64,000 nt of DNA from Arenicellales bacterium (GTDB taxonomy: Bacteria > Pseudomonadota > Gammaproteobacteria > Arenicellales > UBA868): positions 117,650 to 181,649 of the forward strand of contig JASMBC010000001.1 in assembly GCA_030754035.1 (NCBI GenBank), read 5' to 3'. A model generated the notes under the pieces. The model saw only the letters and a list, made by a program, of their open reading frames with translations. It was not told where the DNA came from and did no database searches. Positions 42,064 through 50,896 of this stretch are shown piece after piece. The translations under genes and the position numbers were made by a program. Numbering within the stretch: the stretch's first letter is position 1; every line of letters starts with the position of its first letter.

Positions 42064-43329
42064 ATGACAGAGTTTTTGCTTCTTTTGCTGTTGTTATTTC
42101 TCTCCGCATTCTTTTCGGGTTCTGAGACGGCCCTGACTGCGCTGACGCGTGGTCGTGCTGAGGCTCTGGCAAAGGAACAACGCCGTGGTGCGCGCGCGCT
42201 CGCAGCTCTCAAGCGCGAGCCGCAGCGCATGTTAGTGGGAATTTTGATTGGCAATAACGTGGTCAATATCGGAGCTTCGGCGCTTGCTACTGTTATTGCA
42301 ACGCGCGAGTTGGGTCGCCTTGGCCCTGGGCTTGCGGTCGGCGTACTGACAATATTGGTGCTCGTTTTTGGTGAGATCACGCCCAAGAGCATTGCCACAC
42401 GTTACTCAGAGCGTATCTCCCTGATCGTAGCGCCAATAATTTTGACTTTTTTGCGCCTGATAACGCCACTGGTTTGGCTGTTTCAGGGGATAGCTGATTT
42501 GGTTGATAAGGCGACTCCAGTAGATGAGGGAGATCCTATCGTCACAGAGTCGGAGTTGATCAGCATGGTCGGTTTCGGCCAGGAGGAAGGGACGATAGAA
42601 AAAGGCGAGAAGGAGCTGATCGAACGTGCATTTGCGTTTAGTGACCTAGCGGTTTCCGACGTCATGACACCGCGGCACCGGGTCTTCACGCTCGATTCCA
42701 GGCAAGCGATTGGCGCCGCTATGCCCCGCTTGATAGAGGCACCATACAGCCGTATTCCACTACACCTGGATGACATTGACGAGATCGTCAAGGTGCTCTA
42801 TCTACGCGATGTACTGGTGCCCTTTGCGGATGGCCGCAACACCGTCACCTTGGGTGAGGTGGCGCGGCCACCTTATTTCGTACCGGACAGCCAGACGCTG
42901 ACTGATACGATCGCAGCACTACGACGGGAGAGTCAGCACTTAGCGGTGGTTGTAGATGAACACGGGACCATGGAAGGCGTAGTAACGCTGGAGGATCTGC
43001 TCGAGGAATTGGTTGGGGAAATTTACGATGAGAGCGACATTAAGCCGCAGCAATTGAGTCCACTGGGCGCTGGCCGCGCAATCGTAGATGGCACCTCAGA
43101 ATTGAGGGTGATCGGTGACTTTTTTGGAGTAGAGTTGTCCGGTAAACCGACTGACTCGGTGAGCCGTTGGATACTGGAACACGCTCGGAGAATTCCCGGC
43201 GCGGGTGAAGTATTCGAACTCGATGGCCTACAGGTCACCGTGCAACAGGCTTCACAGCGCCGGATTCAGGAGGTGCTTGTGTGTCGGCCGAAAAATGAAC
43301 CTGGCCTGCAGGTGCAGGGTATCAGTTGA
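42064..43329 (+). CDS. CNNM/TlyC-family membrane protein (DUF21 + CBS pair + CorC_HlyC)
   Basis: It has N-terminal DUF21 TM helices with SGSETAL, a central CBS pair and the C-terminal transporter-associated domain. Confidence 0.85.
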   Translation: MTEFLLLLLLLFLSAFFSGSETALTALTRGRAEALAKEQRRGARALAALKREPQRMLVGILIGNNVVNIGASALATVIATRELGRLGPGLAVGVLTILVLVFGEITPKSIATRYSERISLIVAPIILTFLRLITPLVWLFQGIADLVDKATPVDEGDPIVTESELISMVGFGQEEGTIEKGEKELIERAFAFSDLAVSDVMTPRHRVFTLDSRQAIGAAMPRLIEAPYSRIPLHLDDIDEIVKVLYLRDVLVPFADGRNTVTLGEVARPPYFVPDSQTLTDTIAALRRESQHLAVVVDEHGTMEGVVTLEDLLEELVGEIYDESDIKPQQLSPLGAGRAIVDGTSELRVIGDFFGVELSGKPTDSVSRWILEHARRIPGAGEVFELDGLQVTVQQASQRRIQEVLVCRPKNEPGLQVQGIS

Positions 43330-43335
43330 TTCGTT

Positions 43336-43357
43336 ACTCGGGGTTCACTGCCCGAGT
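43336..43357. terminator. hairpin between convergent genes (possible bidirectional terminator)
   Basis: A 7-bp stem ACTCGGG/CCCGAGT with an 8-nt loop. The flanking T-runs are weak. Confidence 0.35.
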
Positions 43358-44568
43358 CAGTTTGGAGTCGAGCGCCGCAAAGTAGCGCCCATATAAGCCT
43401 TGATGTTGACCGTGGTGACCGGAGTGCCGTCGATTATCTCAGCCTCGATGGCTTTTGTTAGTTGCCGGAACTCCTCTATAGCTCCGTCCAAAGGAAGCGC
43501 TAGGGTGAGTTCGGCCACCAGCTCTCCACCGAGGTAGTGCAATACCAAGGTGGGTCCGCCATCATTACCGGTTTCGGCAATCCCGTGAAGTTGTAGGATC
43601 GCGTTTACAGCGCTTTCCAGTTCTGGTCGAAGGGGTAAGGTGTCAGAGGAGTTCCATTGACGATCGTCTTCCGGGTCAATATGTACGATCACGTCGGACA
43701 GACGGGGAAGTTCTGCTTTCAGGAGGCCAGTAACCTCATCACCAATTCGATGCCCTTCAGAGACGCTGATATGCGGGTCGACGCGCAGGTGCACGTCGGC
43801 CAGAACATCGGAACCCATCCGGCGAGTGCGCAATTCGTGAGCGTCAAGAACACCAGGCACGGTTTGTATGTAACGGTGGATCTGATCCACCAGGTCTGGG
43901 TCTGCGGCAGTGTCGATGAGTTCAGCCAGCGCTTCGCGCCCAATCGAGTAGGCGACCTGTGCAATCATTACAGTTACTACGATGGTGGCGATGGCATCGG
44001 CACGGTCAAAACCCACCATGACACCCGCGATGCCGGCTACTACGATCAAAGAAGACAGCGCATCAGACCGATGGTGCCAGGCATTAGCCCTTAGCAGTCC
44101 CGATTCGAGCCGCTGGGCAACGCGTATGGTGTACTGATATAGCGCTTCTTTGAGCAATATTGACAGGGCCGCAATAGCCATGGCGCTTAATCCAGGGTGG
44201 AGCAAAGTGCCTGGATGGCGCAGGCGCTCTACAGCGTCCCAGGCCAGGCCGGCGGCAATAAAGGCAAGAGAAAGCGCCAACAGCATCGAGGCGGCGGTCT
44301 GGATGCGGCCGTGGCCGTAGGGGTGTTGACGGTCAGCGGCTTGGCTGCCTTGGCGCGCGGCAACGATCACCAGGATATCCGTAGCGAGGTCAGAGAGCGA
44401 ATGAATGCCATCAGCCACCAGTGCTTGTGAGCCTGTAAGCACGCCGCCGACTATCTTAGCCAGAGCGAGCAACGCATTGATCACGCTCCCAATGAGGGTA
44501 ATCTGGCGAATTTCCAGATAATCAGCGCGCGTGGATGCACTGCGGGCGCTTGGGGTTTCCCGATTCAT
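43357..44568 (-). CDS. cation diffusion facilitator (CDF) transporter with about 100 aa extra C-terminal region
   Basis: CDF motifs are ADGIHSLSDLATD (TM2) and HHRSDALSS (TM5), with a cytoplasmic domain ending HIDPED. About 100 further residues follow. Confidence 0.85.
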   Translation of the reverse strand: MNRETPSARSASTRADYLEIRQITLIGSVINALLALAKIVGGVLTGSQALVADGIHSLSDLATDILVIVAARQGSQAADRQHPYGHGRIQTAASMLLALSLAFIAAGLAWDAVERLRHPGTLLHPGLSAMAIAALSILLKEALYQYTIRVAQRLESGLLRANAWHHRSDALSSLIVVAGIAGVMVGFDRADAIATIVVTVMIAQVAYSIGREALAELIDTAADPDLVDQIHRYIQTVPGVLDAHELRTRRMGSDVLADVHLRVDPHISVSEGHRIGDEVTGLLKAELPRLSDVIVHIDPEDDRQWNSSDTLPLRPELESAVNAILQLHGIAETGNDGGPTLVLHYLGGELVAELTLALPLDGAIEEFRQLTKAIEAEIIDGTPVTTVNIKAYMGATLRRSTPN

Positions 44569-44803
44569 GGCATTTGGCGAAGTGATTTCGACATTACTCT
44601 AGTTGTATCTAACTGTATCAAGATGCCCGGTTCAGGCCTCAGCCGGCCAGCGGCACGTGGTGTCATTATCAGCGCGGCAGCTGGGTTGACAATGCTCACC
44701 CGCGTATTAGGCCTGCAATTAAAAAACGGTTTTGCGATAATACCTCGACGCGACCAGGGGCCGTCAGCAGCCGGCGCCGCCCGACCGTTTGACACCTAAT
44801 TTT

Positions 44804-45556
44804 ATGCGTATTCTGATCAGTAACGATGATGGCTACCTCGCGCCCGGGCTCGCTGCGTTGGCTGGAGCCCTTGCAACAGTCGCCGATACTATCGTCGTAG
44901 CCCCAGACCGTAATCGTAGCGGTGCCAGCAATTCCCTGACCCTGTCTCGGCCTTTGCGGGTGCGTGAGGCACCTAACGGCTTTCACTACGTAGACGGTAC
45001 ACCGACCGATTGCGTGCACATCGGCATTACCGGGTTGATGAATAAAGAACCAGATATGGTCATAGCAGGAATCAACAGTGGCGCCAACCTTGGTGACGAT
45101 GTCATATATTCGGGGACGGTAGCTGCTGCCATGGAAGGTCGTTTCCTGGGATTTCCAGCAGTCGCAGTGTCGCTGGTTGGAACCGAACTCAAACACTTCA
45201 CTACTGCTGCTGAGGTAACACTGCAGTTGCTGGAATACATGACTGCTGCACCTTTGCCTGGCGACACCATTATCAATGTCAACGTACCCGATCTGCCATT
45301 GCCGGAAATCAAGGGTTTTCGGGCCACGCGCTTGGGCTATCGGCACATGTCCGAGGCTGTGATCCGGAGTACCGACCCTTATGGCGCGGAAATATTCTGG
45401 GTCGGACCGGCCGGGATGGAGCAGGACGCCGGTACTGGTACGGACTTTTGTGCGGTCAGGGAGGGGTTCGTTTCGGTGACGCCGTTGCAGGTGGATATCA
45501 CCCAGCATTCGATGGTTGCCGAAATTGGCCAATGGCTCGAGCAGCACGACGCATGA
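44804..45556 (+). CDS. surE: 5'/3'-nucleotidase SurE
   Basis: Motifs are [35 protein letters not shown]. Confidence 0.95.
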   Translation: MRILISNDDGYLAPGLAALAGALATVADTIVVAPDRNRSGASNSLTLSRPLRVREAPNGFHYVDGTPTDCVHIGITGLMNKEPDMVIAGINSGANLGDDVIYSGTVAAAMEGRFLGFPAVAVSLVGTELKHFTTAAEVTLQLLEYMTAAPLPGDTIINVNVPDLPLPEIKGFRATRLGYRHMSEAVIRSTDPYGAEIFWVGPAGMEQDAGTGTDFCAVREGFVSVTPLQVDITQHSMVAEIGQWLEQHDA

Positions 45557-46224
45557 TGTCGGTCGCCTCGGGCAGAGAAATAGGGTTTACCTCCCGCCGT
45601 ACCCAGCTTCGCCTGGTTAGCCAACTTCGAGCGCAAGGCATAAGCGACGAAACAGTGCTGACAACGATCGCACAAGTACCCAGACACCGCTTTGTCGAGG
45701 AGGCACTACAGAGCCGGGCTTATGAAGACACAGCACTGCCGATTGGTCGACAGCAAACCATCTCCCAGCCGTATATCGTGGCGCTCATGACACAACAACT
45801 AGTCGACGGACGCACCGACCTGGGAAAGGTGCTGGAGATTGGTACAGGCTGTGGTTACCAGACCGCGGTCCTCGCCAGTCTGGTTAACCGGGTCTATACG
45901 ATTGAACGCATCGGTTCTCTGCTGGAGACGGCCCGGCAAACGCTGCAGAATCTTGGCGTGTACAACGTATCATATCGCCACGCTGATGGTACAAATGGCT
46001 GGCCTGGGCGTGCACCATTCGACAGTATTATCATCACCGCTGCGCCCGATACCGTGCCCCAGGGATTGTTGGATCAGCTTGGCGACGGCGGTCGCTTGGT
46101 CGCTCCAGAAGGGGGCAGGTTTGGCCAACACCTGACTCGGGTTGTTCGCCAGGGGCAAAGGTTCCGGCGAGAGACCTCGACGCCAGTGATTTTTGTGCCG
46201 ATGTTGCTCGGGACCGAGGAATGA
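45553..46224 (+). CDS. pcm: protein-L-isoaspartate O-methyltransferase
   Basis: Motifs are [10 protein letters not shown] and the SAM motif [13 protein letters not shown]. It overlaps the surE stop by ATGA. Confidence 0.9.
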   Translation: MMSVASGREIGFTSRRTQLRLVSQLRAQGISDETVLTTIAQVPRHRFVEEALQSRAYEDTALPIGRQQTISQPYIVALMTQQLVDGRTDLGKVLEIGTGCGYQTAVLASLVNRVYTIERIGSLLETARQTLQNLGVYNVSYRHADGTNGWPGRAPFDSIIITAAPDTVPQGLLDQLGDGGRLVAPEGGRFGQHLTRVVRQGQRFRRETSTPVIFVPMLLGTEE

Positions 46225-46231
46225 TAATCTG

Positions 46232-47038
46232 ATGATGACCCAGACCCAGACCCAGACCCAGACCAAGACACTCATTGTGGTGGCTTTACTGTGCCTGTTT
46301 GTTGGCTGTATGGGTCCACCGGTAATCCCGGTCAGTGATCTAACCGCTAGCCGCAGCGAGCATTCGGCCCGCATAGTCCGCCCGGGTGATTCCCTGTACA
46401 CCATCGCTTGGCAAGTGGGTCTGGACTACCGGGAACTTGCCCGTTGGAACACACTGACTCCCCCATATATCTTATCTCCGGGCCAGCGGATCCGATTGAG
46501 CCCGCCGACAGTGGGTACTCGCAATGGCCAAGTGTCTAGCACGACTAAAGTCAGCGTCATTCGTAGCAATACTCCCTCCTCACAACCAATAGCGGCACCA
46601 GCTAAGAAAGAATCACTAAAAAAGCAGCCGGCACCGGAAACAATGCAACCCCGGAAAGAATCAGCATCAATTAAAAAATGGGTGTGGCCCGGGGAGGGTC
46701 GAGTTGTAACCCGTTTCAATCTAGCTCAGGATGAGAACGGCATAAATATCGCGGGAATTGACGGCAGCCCGGTGCGTGCGGCTGCCGATGGCAAGATCGT
46801 TTATGCAGGCACCGGTCTGCGGGGCTATGGCCTGCTGCTGATCCTTAAGCACAATGACACATTTCTCAGTGCCTATGCCCATAATCGTGCAGTCATGGTT
46901 AGTGAGGGTGATCAAGTAAACGCGGGGCAGGTCATTGCGGAGATGGGCCAATCGGGAGCGGAGTCGATCCAGCTGCACTTCGAGATACGCCGGAACGGGC
47001 AACCGGTCGATCCTCAGAGGTATTTACCGAAAAAATAA
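46232..47038 (+). CDS. nlpD: LysM/M23 peptidase lipoprotein NlpD
   Basis: It has the lipobox LFVGC, a LysM domain (RPGDSLYTIAWQVGLDYRELARWN) and an M23 domain (LLILKHND, IQLHFEIR). Confidence 0.85.
   Translation: MMTQTQTQTQTKTLIVVALLCLFVGCMGPPVIPVSDLTASRSEHSARIVRPGDSLYTIAWQVGLDYRELARWNTLTPPYILSPGQRIRLSPPTVGTRNGQVSSTTKVSVIRSNTPSSQPIAAPAKKESLKKQPAPETMQPRKESASIKKWVWPGEGRVVTRFNLAQDENGINIAGIDGSPVRAAADGKIVYAGTGLRGYGLLLILKHNDTFLSAYAHNRAVMVSEGDQVNAGQVIAEMGQSGAESIQLHFEIRRNGQPVDPQRYLPKK
46238..46267 (+). repeat. hexanucleotide microsatellite (ACCCAG)x4 + ACCAAG inside the nlpD 5' end
   Basis: I read it directly. It encodes TQTQTQTQTK in the signal-peptide n-region. Confidence 0.9.
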
Positions 47039-47083
47039 CTCTAAAAGGGCCGCCGCTGGATATCAGTGTGCCCGCGCTCGGCG

Positions 47084-47458
47084 TTACAAGGGCAAGATCA
47101 CCGCGGCGATAACCGCGCGTCCTTCCAGGGCGAGAATGTTGAAGGTTCTGCACGCTGCCAGCGAACTCATGAACTCTGCACCGTACTGTTGCGCCGCAAC
47201 CGTCTGTAACAGGTTTGCCCCTGGGAAATGGTGTGCTTTGCCGGTGCCGACCAGCAGTATTTCCCGGCCCGATGAAAAGAGGTTCTCCAGCAGGGCGCCG
47301 TTGAGTTCTCCAAAATCTTTTATCTGCCAGCGACAGACCGGGTCGGTGGGGGTGATAATAAAACTGCCCTCGACAGTTTTTCCACCAACTGATACTACGC
47401 CGGAGTTGATCGCGCCAATTAAATTAAGGGTGCTCGAGGTGTCAGCTTGAATTTTCAC
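47084..47458 (-). CDS. Mth938-like (DUF498) domain protein
   Basis: It is 124 aa with FIITPT, EILLVGTG and CRTFNILALEGRAVIAAVI, which matches my memory of the Mth938/NDUFAF3-like fold family. Confidence 0.7.
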   Translation of the reverse strand: MKIQADTSSTLNLIGAINSGVVSVGGKTVEGSFIITPTDPVCRWQIKDFGELNGALLENLFSSGREILLVGTGKAHHFPGANLLQTVAAQQYGAEFMSSLAACRTFNILALEGRAVIAAVILPL

Positions 47459-47630
47459 TGGGGTCGTCGTCGGTTGCTGGAGAGTCTACAACGCCTGGCA
47501 GGTTTAGAAAATTGACCGGTACGCAACCTAGGTTGGGGTGTTTCGGATAGAATCGCGTTACCGGGAAGATGTCAGGAGTTTTCGGCCGGCTTTTCTTTTT
47601 TCAAACTTGACCCTGTAGAACCAGGTGCCT

Positions 47631-48944
47631 ATGGAGCCAGTCAATATCGGAGTAGTAGGGCTTGGCACAGTTGGAGGTGGCACGGTCGATGTACTGCACC
47701 GCAACAGCGCCGAGATCTCACGGCGCGCTGGCCGCGAAATCCGTGTAAGTCGGGCAGCAGTTCGCGATCTCGACCGATCGCGTAGCTGTGACACTTCCGG
47801 AATTACCCTGACTAACGATCCATTTGAGGTCGCAAATGATCCGGATGTTCGTGTCGTCGTCGAGTTAATCGGGGGTGAAACCACCGCTTTTGAAATCGTC
47901 ATGGAAGCCCTGGAGCAAGGTAAGCACGTAGTTACCGCCAATAAAGCACTGATCGCAACCCGCGGTAACGAGATCTTCCGGGCCGCTCATGAACGAGGCC
48001 TAGTGGTAGCTTTCGAGGCAGCGGTGGCCGGCGGAATTTCAATTATCAAGATTCTGCGAGAAGGACTCGCTGGCAACCGAGTCAAGCAATTGGTTGGCAT
48101 TGTCAATGGCACCAGCAATTACATACTCACCGGTATGCACGAGCGGGGCAGCGACTTTGAACCCATGCTGCGGGAGGCGCAAGCGCTGGGCTATGCAGAG
48201 TCGGATCCGACTTTTGACATTGACGGCGTCGATGCCGCTCATAAGTTAACTATTCTGGCCTCCATTGCCTACGGAATCCCGCTTGATTTCAGTGCAGTGT
48301 ACACCGAAGGCATCGGCACCATCCAAGGCAAGGATGTCAGCTATGCAGAAGATCTCGGGTATCGCATCAAACACCTCGGAATAGCGCGTCGCCGAGGGAA
48401 CCGGGTCGATCTGCGAGTGCATCCGTGCCTGATTCCGGAAACCCACTTGCTTGCAAGTGTCGACGGGGTGATGAACGCAATCTTGGTCGAGGGTGATGCT
48501 GTCGGCCAGACTATTCACTACGGCGCTGGAGCAGGCGCCAACCCAACGGCATCTTCTGTGGTTGCCGATATCGTTGACGTGGTCCGCACATTGACCGCGG
48601 ATCCTGGCAATCGAGTACCACATCTCGCTTTCCAGCCAACAGCACTCACCAGTAAAGACGTAACGCCACTGGGCGATATCGAGTGCGCTTATTATCTACG
48701 GTTGCTGGCTCTTGATCGACCTGGGGTACTCGCCGAGATCGCTCGTATCCTCGGTGAGAACAATGTCAGTATAGAAGCAATCCGGCAACAGGGCACCAAG
48801 AATAATGATGGAAATGTGTCGGTGGTTATTGTCACCCATAAGACCCGGGAAATGAGCATGACTAGGGCGATTGGTGCTATTGAAGCGTTACCGGCCATTG
48901 CTGAGCCGGTTATGAGAATTCGCCTTGATACACTCGAGGCTTAA
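47631..48944 (+). CDS. hom: homoserine dehydrogenase
   Basis: It has the NAD motif IGVVGLGTVGGG, a catalytic domain and a C-terminal ACT domain. Length is 437 aa. Confidence 0.93.
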   Translation: MEPVNIGVVGLGTVGGGTVDVLHRNSAEISRRAGREIRVSRAAVRDLDRSRSCDTSGITLTNDPFEVANDPDVRVVVELIGGETTAFEIVMEALEQGKHVVTANKALIATRGNEIFRAAHERGLVVAFEAAVAGGISIIKILREGLAGNRVKQLVGIVNGTSNYILTGMHERGSDFEPMLREAQALGYAESDPTFDIDGVDAAHKLTILASIAYGIPLDFSAVYTEGIGTIQGKDVSYAEDLGYRIKHLGIARRRGNRVDLRVHPCLIPETHLLASVDGVMNAILVEGDAVGQTIHYGAGAGANPTASSVVADIVDVVRTLTADPGNRVPHLAFQPTALTSKDVTPLGDIECAYYLRLLALDRPGVLAEIARILGENNVSIEAIRQQGTKNNDGNVSVVIVTHKTREMSMTRAIGAIEALPAIAEPVMRIRLDTLEA

Positions 48945-48956
48945 GGCGCGCTCAGT

Positions 48957-50018
48957 ATGACTGAAGCATCCGGGTTGATTGTTCGTTACCGGGACAGGCT
49001 GCCGCTGCCAGCGGGCGCAGCGATCATCTCTTTAAGTGAAGGCGACACACCGCTGGTCCGGCTGCAGTCTTTGTCGGATGCAAGGCGGGGCATAGAGGTC
49101 TTTGCAAAATTCGAGGGTCTGAATCCCACCGGCTCGTTCAAGGATCGGGGTATGACCATGGCGGTATCAATGGCCGTACACCAGGGCGCCCGTGCCATTA
49201 TCTGTGCGTCCACCGGCAACACCTCAGCCTCGGCGGCAGCTTATGCGGCCCGAGCCGGTATCACGGCTTTCGTCGTGATACCCGAGGGCAAGATTGCACG
49301 GGGCAAACTGGCACAGGCGATGATGCACGGTGCAACCGTCATTCAAATCACCGGTAATTTCGATGCCGGCATGGCTATCGTTAAAAAGATGCCCGATGAG
49401 GCGCCGGTCACGTTGGTTAATTCAGTCAACCCGTTTCGGTTGCAAGGCCAAAAGACCGCTGCCTTTGAGGTTGTGGACTGCTTGGGACGAGCACCCAATT
49501 ACCATTTCCTACCAGTAGGTAATGCCGGTAATATCAGTGCCTACTGGATGGGTTATTGTGAGTATGCCGAAAGCGGATTAGCGAATGCCCGACCGATTAT
49601 GGTCGGCTGCCAGGCGACGGGGGCGGCGCCATTTTTAAGGGGAGCGGCCGTGGCGCAGCCCGAAACTGTTGCCACCGCAATTCGCATTGGTAATCCACAG
49701 TCCTGGGATTTGGCTCTCGCCGCACAGAGGGAATCAGGCGGTTGGTTCCTCGCTGCTGACGATGACGCGATCCTTGCCGCCCAGAAATATCTTGCTGAGA
49801 ATGAAGGGCTGTTCTGTGAACCGGCCTCAGCAGTTTCGGTCGCCGGGCTGCGCGCAGAGTTGTCTCGGTCGGCGATCCCCGATGGTGCAACCGTGATATG
49901 CACGTTGACCGGACACGGTCTAAAGGACCCTGATACCGCAATCGCGCAAAGCACTGAACCTATACGAGTCGGCTCGACCATGGATGAGGTGCGAAGTGTC
50001 ATACTGGATTCCGGCTGA
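48957..50018 (+). CDS. thrC: threonine synthase
   Basis: The PLP Lys is in NPTGSFKDRGM. It is a short-type ThrC of 353 aa and follows hom. Confidence 0.93.
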   Translation: MTEASGLIVRYRDRLPLPAGAAIISLSEGDTPLVRLQSLSDARRGIEVFAKFEGLNPTGSFKDRGMTMAVSMAVHQGARAIICASTGNTSASAAAYAARAGITAFVVIPEGKIARGKLAQAMMHGATVIQITGNFDAGMAIVKKMPDEAPVTLVNSVNPFRLQGQKTAAFEVVDCLGRAPNYHFLPVGNAGNISAYWMGYCEYAESGLANARPIMVGCQATGAAPFLRGAAVAQPETVATAIRIGNPQSWDLALAAQRESGGWFLAADDDAILAAQKYLAENEGLFCEPASAVSVAGLRAELSRSAIPDGATVICTLTGHGLKDPDTAIAQSTEPIRVGSTMDEVRSVILDSG

Positions 50019-50080
50019 CGATGATTTGGAGAAGCGGGTGACCTGGCTACTGCTTCGAGTCTCCGGCCACAGGTCCTGAG

Positions 50081-50896
50081 ATGCTCCCTCAACGCGTGCT
50101 CGTATTCGACATTGAGACTATCCCCGATGTCGCGGCCGGCCGGCGATTATTGGGTCTTGAAGGACTGTCCGATCAAGAAGTGGTGCGGGCTATGCGCACT
50201 CGGCGCCTGCAGAAGACCGGTGCCAGCGATTTCCTCGCTCATCCTTACCATCAGATCATTGCAATTTCGGTCGCGCTGCGGGCAGATGACAGCCTCAGTA
50301 TATGGTCGCTTGGCGAGACCAACTCGGATGAATCGGAGTTGCTGGAAAGATTTTTCGATGGCATAGAGCGTTTTACTCCCATCCTGGTTTCCTGGAACGG
50401 CAGCGGATTTGATTTACCTGTCATCCACTACAGGTCGCTGCTTCATGGCGTAGCCGGCAATCGTTACTGGGACATCGGGGAGTCCGATCGCGATTTCAAG
50501 TGGAACAATTACCTCAACCGTTACCACGCCCGCCACCTTGACTTGATGGACGTGTTGTCGGGCTACCAGCCCCGGGCGACTGCTCCTTTGCAGGAGATTG
50601 CGCTGTTGCTTGGATTTCCAGGGAAAATGGGTATGAGTGGCGCCGTAGTTTGGGATAAATACCAGGCCGGCGCGTTGGACGAAATTCGGCATTATTGCGA
50701 AACTGATGTACTGAATACATTCCTGGTTTACCTGCAGTTCGAAAAAGCCCGGGGTAACCTGAGCCCTGCTGTCCTTGACAAGGAGCATGAGCTGCTGGCA
50801 GATACCTTGCAGCAGTCCGCCCAATCCCACCTCCTGGAGTTTCTGCGGGCATGGAAAAGCCTTGGTAGGCCCGAAGCAGTCATTGCAACCGATTGA
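50081..50896 (+). CDS. stand-alone PolB-like 3'-5' exonuclease (DnaQ-fold)
   Basis: It has Exo I VFDIETIPD, Exo II WNGSGFDLPVI and Exo III HYCETDVLNT. Length is 271 aa. Confidence 0.7.
   Translation: MLPQRVLVFDIETIPDVAAGRRLLGLEGLSDQEVVRAMRTRRLQKTGASDFLAHPYHQIIAISVALRADDSLSIWSLGETNSDESELLERFFDGIERFTPILVSWNGSGFDLPVIHYRSLLHGVAGNRYWDIGESDRDFKWNNYLNRYHARHLDLMDVLSGYQPRATAPLQEIALLLGFPGKMGMSGAVVWDKYQAGALDEIRHYCETDVLNTFLVYLQFEKARGNLSPAVLDKEHELLADTLQQSAQSHLLEFLRAWKSLGRPEAVIATD

Noticed and set aside
44696-45547. A 283-aa minus-strand ORF antisense to surE
   Set aside because: surE on the plus strand has unmistakable motifs. The antisense product has no recognisable motif, and it starts in the neighbouring intergenic region without an SD.
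46238-46267. The ACCCAG repeat as a CRISPR-like or phase-variation (frameshifting) tract
   Set aside because: The unit length is 6 nt, so slippage stays in frame, and there are no spacers. It is a coding microsatellite only, and is kept as a low-interest length-variation finding.
47569-47610. A 13-codon ORF (MSGVFGRLFFFQT) upstream of hom as a thr-operon leader peptide
   Set aside because: It contains a single Thr codon and no Ile, so it lacks the Thr/Ile run of thr leaders. It has no convincing SD and no adjacent terminator or antiterminator pair.
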